A DNA stretch of 64,000 bases, taken from the NCBI GenBank assembly GCA_009103225.1, contig RHPI01001507.1:287626-351625 (forward strand). The letters run 5' to 3'. The translations under genes were made by a program, and so were the position numbers. The DNA is from Chlorokybus atmophyticus. Its lineage: Eukaryota > Plantae > Mesostigma and Chlorokybus algae. Positions 36,937 to 48,412 of the stretch are shown one piece after another; positions within the stretch are counted from its first letter, which is position 1; each line of letters begins with the position of its first letter. The notes under the pieces are model-generated. The model did no database searches, had not been told where the DNA came from, and was given only the letters and a program-made list of their open reading frames with translations.

Positions 36937-39900
36937 ATGGCGTCGGCGGCGTCAGCGGGGTGGCTGTTGGTTTCGTCGGTGTCGTCGAGCTGGTTATCTG
37001 AGGATGCCAGCTTCCGGGCGGAGAGGGGTTCTGGGCTGAGGAGAAGATTGCAGCGGCATGGCGCAGTGACAACCGCGCAGGCTTCTCAGCCCAAGCCCAA
37101 GCCCAAGCCTCAGCCTCAGCCTGAGCCTCAGCCTCAAGCTGGTGAGTTAGGGTTTCATGCTTGCTTGCTTGCATTCTTGTTTTCTAACTCGTACTAGCTA
37201 GTTGTGCTTTGCTAGGTGCAGAGGTACACCTCTAGCAAGAAAGGCAGCTGATAACTGTTGTGATGTGCAAGCTTTGTTGGCATGATCTTGACTAGATGCT
37301 TCTTGTCAATCGCCAATGATCGCGGTAACATTGAGAGTCAGGATTAGGCATTGCTATAAGCGTGCAAGCATGCGGTGTTTCTTGCTCAGCATACAAAGTT
37401 GCAGCGGTCGTGTTGCAGACGGTATTAATGGTGGCGGATTGGCGCTGTACAGGAGGCAGTTTGCATTATCTTCAGCAGCGGCAGGTATCAGGCAGTAAAC
37501 TATCTTTTTCTGAAAAGGCACCAACAGTCCATGCGAAAGGACATGGGAAACAGTCAGACACTCAGCTGGCTGGAGTTCAGTTCGTCATGCATACCGTTGC
37601 TGCAGCAACACACATTATAGATTTATTGTAGCAACTCGCGATCACTTTGGATCGCACTCTAGCGTTCTTCACTACACACATTTTGTAGAAGCGCATCCTC
37701 TCAGTCATCACACGGGAAAGTTGGACGGGCTCAAACAATTGAAACAGTCGAGTTCTACGCATGCAACTCTCGTGATTGCCTTGTAAGTGTCCTCATCAAG
37801 TTTGCGTACTGTTGCTGACCCAAGTTGTGAGCAGTGTTCTGGTAATTTATACAACTCTGCCACAAGCCATCATTCGCTCGCTGTTGTTGATTTCCTGGTA
37901 ATTAGGAACTAAGTGTCTCATGCAACAATATCTTGTCCTAAAAGCTGCTCTTGCTTTACAGTTGTGACGAGGAGGAGTTTGATACAACGCAGCAGCGGCT
38001 TGCTGCTATTCATGCCGGCCGCTGCCCCTGTTCTGACTACGTTCGTCACACGCAACGGCAGCAATGCTGCTCGCGCTGTTGATGCGCCGTCTCCACGGTC
38101 AGGCGTGCCGAAGTCGCCTGAAGCAAAGTAAGTCAGCTGACGAGCTACAAGCTAGTGTGTTGTGGGTGGAGAAGGCATATACGAATACAAAGACATGCAC
38201 AAGTACATATATGTGTGCCTTTGTGTATACGTGAGTCCGTCCGTATATGTGTGCGCATGGGTACATGCACCCACGCAAGCGTCACTGTGTGCATGTGCAC
38301 CATACCATGCGTGCACCAGCACGTACATCTGTGCGCTTGCGCAAGTGTACAAGCATGTGCACATGCGCGCAACGTACTGTGCATGCATCCATTTGTGCGC
38401 GTATGCGTGTACACTTGTGCACACGCACAGTACCTATGTTGTAAGCGCTCAATCTGTTGTGCGTGCTTGTCAACAATAGTGTACATGCACATAGTGTTTG
38501 TGCATGCATGCTTGCATATTGTGCTGCTTGGCAACATGCAAGATCAAATAACAATATATCAAAGGCATCTACAATGTGCAGCACTGACCAACTGTTGTCA
38601 TCAACAGCGCAACGCTCTATGCCGCGTTGCAATCGGCGATCCGCGAGACCACAAGCAAGGGCAAGGCGCCGGGCGTGCTGCGGCTGGCTTTCCACGATGC
38701 CGGCACGTATGATCCATTTGCGGGTGCGGTGTTGCAGGGCGGACCCAACGGCAGCATAAGGTAGTCAGGATACACAAGCATACGTATGCCTGATGTATAT
38801 ATATATTGCCGCACATATATGCAAGCGTGTGCAGGTGCGCATGTGCGAGTGCTACTGCGTGTGTGCATGTGTGCATCAAATGGAAATGCTGTGCAGGTTT
38901 GAGGACAAGCGGCCAGAAAACGAGGGCTTGCAACGGCCTTTGAGGGTGAGGAACACATGTTCAATTCATCCAGGCTTGCAATGCAATTTGGATATGTGTC
39001 TGAGCTCAGGTTCTGATCGCAATTGTCAGTACTATGTGCACTACTGTTGTATGTTGCATGTGCGTGAAAAGCAACACGACTGCATGGCATCAAAGCCAAC
39101 AAGACAAACACGTGCACCTGTGTCAACGAGCCTTGTACTTAGCATGTTGTGTACAGTGTGTGGTGCCTCCACTTTGTAAGCAGAAGTGTTGTGACTGGCG
39201 GTCTTTAAATGGCAGCCCCTGCTCTTGTAGACACACTTCACCCAAACAGTTGTCACACTCGAAGCACTAGTAGAAATAAGATTAGTATGTAAACAGATTG
39301 ACGCGTGTGCACTGGATGTGTACACGTCTCATCAACTTTTTGTTCGTACCCATGCGCGCACTTGCCGGCATATGCATATGTTGACCCCTGCCTTCCATTT
39401 ATGTGCAACGTGCAGGTGATAGCGAAGACAATGGCGTCGCTGAAGAAGCAGCTGCCGAATGCGACTGTGTCGTGGGCGGATGTGATTGCCGTCGCGGGCG
39501 CCGAGTCCGTTGCCATCACGGGCGGGCCGACCTTCCGCGTACCTATTGGCAGAGTTGACGCACAGTAAGTTGATTCTCTCTTGCTAATGGGGGTTGCTTG
39601 TTTGTGTGTTTGGTGATCCTCCGGGAGTTTGCTGGCTGGATACCTTGCATATGCAGAACAACGCTGATGGGTGCAGAAGTCTTGTTTGAGGTAGTATGAG
39701 GCCACCCAGTGTTTGCACTACCCAAGCTGGGTGTGTTAGAGATAGCATACATTGCTGCTGACATAGCGCCCGTACCAAAATCTCCCATGCATACCATGCG
39801 TGCCATATGCAGTGCTTGTAATTCGTTGCAAGACACATTATTATTGCAGCGCGCAAATAGAGTTGGTATTGTACACACATGCTATATGTCACATATCACA

Positions 39901-40857
39901 CCTTGCAGGGCGTCAGATGCGGATGGTCGCATGCCAGGCGAGAATTGGACGGCAGCACAGCTGAAGTCTCATTTCGCAGCACAGGGTTTCAGGTACACGA
40001 ACTGCGTGCATGCCTACATGAGTGTGTGTTAAGGGTTCTCTTGGTGTGATTTGTGAGCTCACAGCTTCGTGTGCGGATTGTCTCTTGACATGTCAAGGCA
40101 CTTCACCAGCTGCATTGTCTGAAGTGGGATGTGTTCGTCACATGTGCTAATTGTCAGGAGTGCGGATGCTGCAAGTGGCTCGTCGTTGTTCACTTTATTA
40201 CGCTCATATCGCTAGTATCACATCTGCTGCCAATGCATCAAGTAACTTGATTGTGAGTCATGATTATTGCCTAGTCATGTGACAGGTCTAGTCATGTAAC
40301 AGTCATGTGCAAGTAGTCGTGGAGCACTTACATTATGTTGCTGCGTGGGTCTGCAGCACGCGCGAGTTGGTGGCGTTGTTGGGTGCACACACCATTGGGT
40401 TCAAGGGTTACGGGATGCCGGATGTGTTTGACAACACATACTACAAGACGCTGTTGGAGAAGCCTTGGAAAAACAGTAAAGGTGAGTCCAATCAGTCTGA
40501 GGGTGGGCTGTCCTACACATGTGGCACTTGTGAGGGTGTGTGCGTGTGTTCATGTATTTGTGAGTGCACGGTGAGCAAAGCCAAGACTGAATAGCTGTTA
40601 CCGGTTGCAGATGCAATGGCATACATGATTGGTATACCTATTGACCATGCGGTTGCCGAGGACACGGAGTGCTTACAGTAAGTGCGCTTCACGTGCATGG
40701 TTGTGGTCAGTTCAGCTTATTGGACACCTGATTGACTGATCATGGCGCAATGTGCAGATGGATTCAGCTCTATGCGGCCGATCAGCAGCAGTTTTTCAAT
40801 GATTTCGCTGCTGCGTACACAAAGATGACGTCTGCAGGAGCCGTGTGGTCGGTTTGA
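36937..40857 (+). CDS. APX6: Ascorbate peroxidase-related protein (APX-R/APX6 type), plastid-targeted, multi-exon
   Basis: Exons give a transit-like N-terminus, then [59 protein letters not shown] and [13 protein letters not shown] in RLAFH and the MxxM motif typify APX-R. Stop TGA at 40855-40857. Confidence 0.9.
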
Positions 40858-41155
40858 TCCATTTGTCACTTAGAACTGAAGTACTTGCTGAGTGTAACAT
40901 TATGCTGCCTTTACTGCAGTACACATTGTGCTGCATACCTGATTTTGTTAAACTCGTACACACTAGCGTGCTGTTGTGTAATGTGCTTAATTTGCGTACA
41001 ACAGTTGTCCTGATAACCTGTTTTAGCTATTGCCATCATGACAATAGCAATAGGGTTGTAATTATCATAGGCATTTCAATGATGCTCCTCTGTTTCTGTC
41101 TGCATTTGCCTTTGTGGTGCCCCACACACTGCGTGCAAACATGCGAGCCCCCCCC

Positions 41156-41655
41156 NNNNNNNNNNNNNNNNNNNNNNNNNNNNNNNNNNNNNNNNNNNNN
41201 NNNNNNNNNNNNNNNNNNNNNNNNNNNNNNNNNNNNNNNNNNNNNNNNNNNNNNNNNNNNNNNNNNNNNNNNNNNNNNNNNNNNNNNNNNNNNNNNNNNN
41301 NNNNNNNNNNNNNNNNNNNNNNNNNNNNNNNNNNNNNNNNNNNNNNNNNNNNNNNNNNNNNNNNNNNNNNNNNNNNNNNNNNNNNNNNNNNNNNNNNNNN
41401 NNNNNNNNNNNNNNNNNNNNNNNNNNNNNNNNNNNNNNNNNNNNNNNNNNNNNNNNNNNNNNNNNNNNNNNNNNNNNNNNNNNNNNNNNNNNNNNNNNNN
41501 NNNNNNNNNNNNNNNNNNNNNNNNNNNNNNNNNNNNNNNNNNNNNNNNNNNNNNNNNNNNNNNNNNNNNNNNNNNNNNNNNNNNNNNNNNNNNNNNNNNN
41601 NNNNNNNNNNNNNNNNNNNNNNNNNNNNNNNNNNNNNNNNNNNNNNNNNNNNNNN
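41156..41655. other. Assembly gap (500 N) flanked by C-runs
   Basis: N run. Confidence 0.99.
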
Positions 41656-42259
41656 CCCCCCCCGTCTGCTTCACCCTCTTTCCAGTGCACAACAGTGCCA
41701 TCCCACAGTAGCACAGGTCCAGCACTGTGCGCGCAATATTGCTTTGCTATACGGATGGGGCATGTATTTGCTGCAGTGCGTCCGGTCCTCAGCGCAACAC
41801 CAAGCAACACGTGACGAGCTGCAATATCTTGCATACGCAAGGATAATGGCAGGACTCACGGCATGACCCAAAACCTGAAGCAAATAGCAGTACAGCATAC
41901 GCCTGCCGCTGCCTGCCAGTGCTGCCTTGCAATGGCACGCACATATGATGCAGCACCCAGCACGCACAAAGGCACCAGCCCCCCTAGCCTAGCTTAGCGT
42001 ATAGCTAGCTAGTTAAGCTTAGGTGTTTATTGTGTGTGTGTACAGGATATATGCGCTGCTGTTCATATGCAGCAGCGTGCGACCAAGCAAGCATCATGCC
42101 ATCAAGCCAGCATGTGTGAGGAGAACCGAAGGTGCTAGTTCCCATGTTCATTACTTAATTGTATTCGCTAAGCTATACGCGCCTGTATTATGCCCTATAC
42201 AACAGCAATGCAGCATGGCGAGCCTGGCGTGCATGAGGCGGTTACTCGGTCAGTCGAGA

Positions 42260-42754
42260 GTGCTTTCGGTTCATGTTAATGTTGTCCAAAAAGTCACATG
42301 GACGCGTATATATGATGGCCTCAAAGGGAGGCCACGATTAACACTAACCACTAAATCCCACCATCACCACATGTGGCGCTCAGCCAGGCGGGGAGCATTT
42401 GCAACGGCGTTGGTCGGGTGCCGTAAGTACAGTGACCATGGAGATCTCTTAGGCGCATGCACCGCGTGAGACAACTTCTTTTCTTTGGCGATTGAGTTGT
42501 TTGGCACTTTGGGGTCCTCCTTCCACAAGCTCATCAATATTTGCGTGCACCGCGTGGTCCAGCACAAGGGATTGCATGCGACATGCATGTTGGGCTTCGT
42601 GTCCATGTACATGCTACGGATTGCTTATGAGTTGCAGCAGGCTTATGGCGTGGCGCTTTTACAGATAGCGACCACGGCCGTGTCCACGAAGCCAGGCTGG
42701 CCACCATCACGACTTGCCTCCATGACTATGTTGTTGAACATGGCGGTGAGCTAG
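42260..42754 (+). mobile_element. 3' fragment of a restriction-like-endonuclease (CRE-like) non-LTR retrotransposon
   Basis: GAFATALVGCRKYSD...FSLAIELFGTLG...FVSMYMLRIAYELQQAYGVALL matches the RLE C-terminal pattern (K.Y...F.PlavE.fG.lG...QR.A). Similar to the fragment at 63080-63430. Confidence 0.6.
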
Positions 42755-43052
42755 GCGTGAGGCCTGCATGCCTGCGTGCATGGTTGGGTGATTGCTAGCC
42801 ATGTTGGCATAAATACTGTAGCTAGCTTGTTGGGCTGTTGTGTATACACAAAGTAGTTGAGAGTGTGTGTAGCGCTATTAAATCTTCATGTAGACCTTGC
42901 GAACATGCATCAATATATAGATAGTGTCAAAGACAATTCCAATGCAATACATTCATTGTCCCATTTTAATGTGTTTCCACATAATTCTATGGGTGTGATG
43001 ATATACTTACATGTTCTACCAGCAAAAATTACTTTTTAACTTGTGACCCCCC

Positions 43053-43358
43053 NNNNNNNNNNNNNNNNNNNNNNNNNNNNNNNNNNNNNNNNNNNNNNNN
43101 NNNNNNNNNNNNNNNNNNNNNNNNNNNNNNNNNNNNNNNNNNNNNNNNNNNNNNNNNNNNNNNNNNNNNNNNNNNNNNNNNNNNNNNNNNNNNNNNNNNN
43201 NNNNNNNNNNNNNNNNNNNNNNNNNNNNNNNNNNNNNNNNNNNNNNNNNNNNNNNNNNNNNNNNNNNNNNNNNNNNNNNNNNNNNNNNNNNNNNNNNNNN
43301 NNNNNNNNNNNNNNNNNNNNNNNNNNNNNNNNNNNNNNNNNNNNNNNNNNNNNNNNNN
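43053..43358. other. Assembly gap (306 N) flanked by C-runs
   Basis: N run. Confidence 0.99.
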
Positions 43359-44192
43359 CCCCCCCCCCCCCCCCCCCCCTCCCCTCTCCTTCCAAGCTGC
43401 TGTGCATGTAGTTTGTGGCTAGGTACAGACATGGTGTACATTGTGCCTGCGTTTGTGTTAATGCCATTAGCGTTTAATTCCAAAGCACACTGCAGTGCTG
43501 TCCATTAGTTCTTTCAAAAGACTTCTGAGGATGTTAAATAGAGAAGCTTGTATGTTACTGTGATGTTAGCAAAATCTGACATGATCGCCTCGAATATCAT
43601 CTTTATGTCTTTGCATGGCTTGTTGTTATTGATGGCAACATGTTGATTGAAGCTACGCAATAGTTCTGCCTTATAGTCCATGCCTACTTTAATTAAGACA
43701 CCAATTTTGTGCAGCTACATATAATGCGCGCGTGCAGCATTCATTCCTTTTTTGAACATGTCATGGCATTCCACATGCAGGCTATGATGGTCATCTTGTT
43801 CATCACAGTGAATAACAAAACGGCCATGATACCCTGGCCACATCAAATATATAAGCCTGATAATACTAGTTCTCACCAAATATACTCGATACATTTGTGC
43901 AACTCACATATACACAACACATTTGTCTCTGTACAAATTGCAGCAACGGCACAGATACAACTGGTATCTACCAGCAGCGGCGGTGATCACTCGCCGACAC
44001 ATGCCCCCGCAACCCAACGCTGAAAGTGCTCAATGGGTTCAAGCTGGCGGGCAGCTGCAGGAAGAAGCAACGGTGAAAGGCGCTCGTGCAAGCAGTTGGC
44101 AGCCATAAGCGGTGAAACCACCTGCTTGTATGTTTTTTCCACCCACCCATAAATGTATATTTCCGTTTTTGGAACTCTGCAAGCCACGTCCT

Positions 44193-47100
44193 TCAAGTCT
44201 CGTACTTTGCATGCACGGACAGCTCCACAACTGGGCTGTTTGCATTTGCTTTAACTGCAACTCTGCTTGCCTCATGAAGATCCTGCACCAACGCATACTC
44301 AGATAACATGCAAATTAATCAACTGCCCCTAATCCATGCCATGTACCAAAGCTCTGCGACCATAATGGAAGCAGGGGGTTACCTTGTCATTGGTGATCAG
44401 CACCCATTCTTCGCCATCAAAGTACTTCAACTTCAATTGCTGGGCAGTGTTCAATCGGAACAGCTTGACTACCTGCAATTGGGTGCACGCTGAGTATATA
44501 ATCGAGCATGCAACTCAACATGCGAAACCCTAGCAGTCCTTATACTCCACCAGCAAAACCGCCCGCAGCAACCTGCAGCACATACCTCATTGACCAGCGA
44601 CTGGAATGTGAGCAGAGGTGTCTGTGCAAATCTTACTGAGGAAATCCCACACGTTGCCTGTACCCACCAATACCATTAAACTACTGTTGGGAGCGCGGAA
44701 CAGCGATGCACAATGCTACCACTCAGCTTGCACTGAGGCAGCGACACATCAGAGAATTGAGTAACCAGCGTTTGACATACCCTGAAGTGCACTGCAGGAG
44801 TGTGATGCAAGGGTTCGGCGCTGGTGAGTGCCTCCCAATGTGGCAGACACAGGGGAGACTCAGGAACATGTGCACTTAACAGGCAGGTGTCGGGAGCAGT
44901 GCGCAGCAAGGAGTTTGTGAACTGCGTTGGATGCCAGGAATTTGGCAGGCTGTCAAGGGTGGCTCCTCGAGAGGAGCCAAAAACATCGCCAACAACGTCC
45001 AGTAACTGAGAAGACGGGGGAGCACCCGGTTGTAATGATGCATCTTCTTCCATGCGCCCTGCCCCTTCACCATGCAGTGCCAATGCATGCAGTGCCTGCG
45101 AGCCGCCATGTGCGCGGTCGCCCACAAATGCACATGGCACAGGCGCGTCAAGCTCAAACTGCTCTGCATCCCAGGTCTGCGCATCCGTCAACCAATCATT
45201 GTGTTGGTCTTCACTGAATAAGTCGTCGGCGCTTAAAGCATGGGTGTCTGATAGACTGGAAATGCCGACATCGCTCTCAGTCCCTGGCAACCACTGCATC
45301 AACTGCGCATCCAGATTGCTGCGGACTGGGTCTGATGCAGGGTGTGCACCAAGCAATGGTTGTCTCATGCTGGTGGCTTGAGGGACACGGATGTTCATTG
45401 GTTCTGAAACGGCTGGATAACTATCATGGTGTACGCTGTGAGACGAGGCATCCGCAGGCTGCTTGAGGTATCTGTCAATCAACGGCATGGAGTGGAGAGG
45501 CAGGCCACCATGCACACGGCCTTCCTCAGCAGGTGTTGCCAGAGCAACTGCATCTTTCGGAGCACCGCTGCGTTCTCGCTTCTCTCGCTTCTCGACCATT
45601 GGTGACTTGATCCTATCTAACTTCACTCCTTGCGCAACCAGTGCCATGGCAACAGCTCGTGTGTCGGCCAGAAGAGACTGGGTGTCTTGCACGCAAGAAG
45701 TTTCACTGCCTGACGAGCCGTTTGGTGTTCTGGGGTCACCTCCTGACAAGACCTGTTGTGGGTCGACGGGTTTGTGCTCTCGAGGCTGCTCTCGCCGCAG
45801 AAGAGGCACCAATTCAGGAACAAAAGCAGCAACAGCAGCGGCCTTGGCTGCTGCTGCATTGACTGAAGCACTGGTTGCAGCAGATACGGCAGCATCGGCA
45901 CCTTGCATGCGGTCAATCTCTCCCTGCAGCTTCTTAAGGGAGCGATTCAACTGCGTAGAATTCGCTGCTTGTCAGGTATTGCGACAACGAAAGCACCCTG
46001 CACTGCATTGGCAGAATATTCCATACCTTGTTAATCTTTCGACAAGGCCATCTTGAGATGCCATGCTGGCGACATATCCGCTTCAATGTGGTGCCGCAAA
46101 CACCAAGCTTCTTGGCTGCGTCCTTGAGGGAGTAACCAAAATGCTGCTGCAAAACGTCCATGGCAATGATTGTCTCGCCAGCAGGCTTTGCATCAAATTG
46201 CATAGAGCGTGCGGGAGGGATCTCATTGCGAGGAACATCCTTGCTGCTTTCACTACGCTCCAACATTTTCAATGGCTGTTCTGGCACTGGCAAGTCATCT
46301 GGCTTCGAAGAGTTCAGAGAGGCGCCAAGGGCGTGCAGGGCGGCTACTGCAGATGGGGACAGCTGCAGCAGTGTGCATTTGGTTTGCAGCGTGACAGCCA
46401 ACTGCACCATCAGCGCATGCAATGCCGGGAGGGTCTTTACTTCTGGCGGCAAGAAAAACTCCAGAACATAGTCGACTGCCTCGCCAGTCAGCATCGAACG
46501 CATCCGAACAGCACATGAGGCATGCACATCGAACATGCGGGCGAAGTGTGCAAGGGGGTAATCGGCAAAGGAAACATGCGAGAGATCCAGGGAGTGCTCA
46601 AAATTGCCGGAGAGCCATGCTTTGCCAGTGAGGCCCTGGCCTCCTGTTAGGGTTTGCTCAAGGCAAGCAAGCCTGAATGCCCACAGCGCCGAGTTACGGA
46701 CACAAGCTGGAGCGCCTCTTGTCCGGAGACACCGTCCGCCTACACCTATTCCACCATGCGGCAAACCGCCGCCAATCACGCCAGAAGGACTGCCATCACC
46801 ATGAATATGAAGCCAGGCTTGCGCCATTGGGAGACCATGAAGTTCGCATGTCTGTGACAAGACAGGTAAAAGCTCCACACAAACAGAAGCGCATGCCGCT
46901 GGGGCTTTGTGCAGGGGAATGCCCGTAACCACTTCACTTCCAGCCAGGCCAACTGCTTCAAGTGCTCGGCACACGGCGGAGAGCTGACTGTGGAAGAGGA
47001 CGTTCTCGCTCAAAGACACCAGTTCCACCAATGCGACAGGCACTTTTTCTAGATGCGAGCTGCACGCTGTCTTTTCATTGGCTGCACCCTGCGCTTGGCC

Positions 47101-48412
47101 ATCATACAGTGCAAATACAGGCACCACCAATGTCGCACGCACTGCACAGCGATAGCAAGATCAGCGGGTGAAACTTGCAAAGCCTTGCAGGTAATGTTGT
47201 GAGACACGCACCATTGCAGCGTTGGGCGAGGATGTGCTGCAGGTACTCAGATGATGAGAAGTACAACGTGTTGGGCGACCACTGTGGCCTCTGCGTCAAC
47301 CATGCCCGGCCAAGCAGCCCAGGATGTCCTGCACCATTCGCCGGGAACCGGAAGTCCGCAGAAAAACAACGAAATGATGCAAGGGCGCCCCCAGGACCTT
47401 CGAGTGCTTCCACTCGGTTGCTATGCGGCATCCCTCGAGTGCTGAGCTGAATCATGCTGGACTGTGCAGCATCAGATGCCGTGTTGGATGCAGGGAGCCA
47501 TGCCTGCAGACAGGACGTCCACTAAGAACACTCACTCAACCATACCTAGCCAGAACAACCCTTCGCACCAATCCCTCTGCAGCATCACGGCTGGCCAATA
47601 TGGCTGCCAAGTGTTGCCAGCAAGAAACTGTCCCAACCAGCTGTCAATATGCGGCATAATCACCGCAGCGCAGATGCAGGCCACTGTCAGCAGCTCAACC
47701 ACCTACAACTAAGACCAATTTGGCTGCTTGCACTGCATCGGTGACCTAACGCAATGTACACAACCCACCACTGTGCAGTCTGAATTAGGCGCCAATACTG
47801 CATTACAACTGTATACATACTGTATATATACTTATGCATTTTGGCAACCACAATTCCACAATTGTATGGACAACTACGCGCACACGCAGGACCAGCAGGC
47901 AACAGTAGTAGTAAAAATTGCTACGCAAGCCCGACTGTAGAAAGAACCTTACTACAGTCAAGATCCTGAAGCGTCTTCCCTGCGACCCGCTAGTTGATGG
48001 GGAACGCACTCATCGGGCGCGTCAATGTACAGAATTGCTGAAAGCTGTAAGATTATACCTGAAGCAGCACATCCACGCGCTCGTGGCAAATCCTGTCGAT
48101 GGCGGCCCTGACCCTAGCAATGACGGCGTCCCTGTTGCAAACGGCAACCCCAGACGACAACACGCCGGCGCCTGCTGCGGCTGCTGTTGCGGCTGCGTGT
48201 GCAGCTCCATGGGAAGCACTCCGCTGCTTGCTTCCTCGCCGGGACGGCACGATAGTGGCAGGCGACGGCGCCCCCCTCAACGACGTCGAGGACACCTCCG
48301 AGGGGGACAACGGCTGCTGAGCACAGCTGCTGCTCTTGCCCGCCCCTAACCTTGCTACCGAATCGTCGTAGCCTACACCAATACTACTCCTTTCACCGAC
48401 CTCCACAACCAT
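44193..48412 (-). CDS. NLP: NIN-like protein (GAF-like nitrate-response region, RWP-RK, PB1), multi-exon
   Basis: VLLQ|AWLP; [26 protein letters not shown]; GQGLTGKAW; [10 protein letters not shown]; [10 protein letters not shown]; [47 protein letters not shown]|LNRSLKKLQ; PB1 exons [10 protein letters not shown]...[18 protein letters not shown]|DLHE. Stop at 44193-44195. Confidence 0.92.

Noticed and set aside
38145-38537. Cys/His-rich ORFs on both strands (also 31620-32020, 55300-56000)
   Set aside because: Intronic (TG/CA, TGCA)-rich low-complexity sequence.
38713-38740. Apparent 14-nt GT-AG mini-intron in APX (gtgcggtgttgcag)
   Set aside because: Too short, and the frame reads through as [11 protein letters not shown].
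40845-41866. ORFs full of X (also at 43016-43483 and 53508-54055)
   Set aside because: Artefacts of reading through N gaps.
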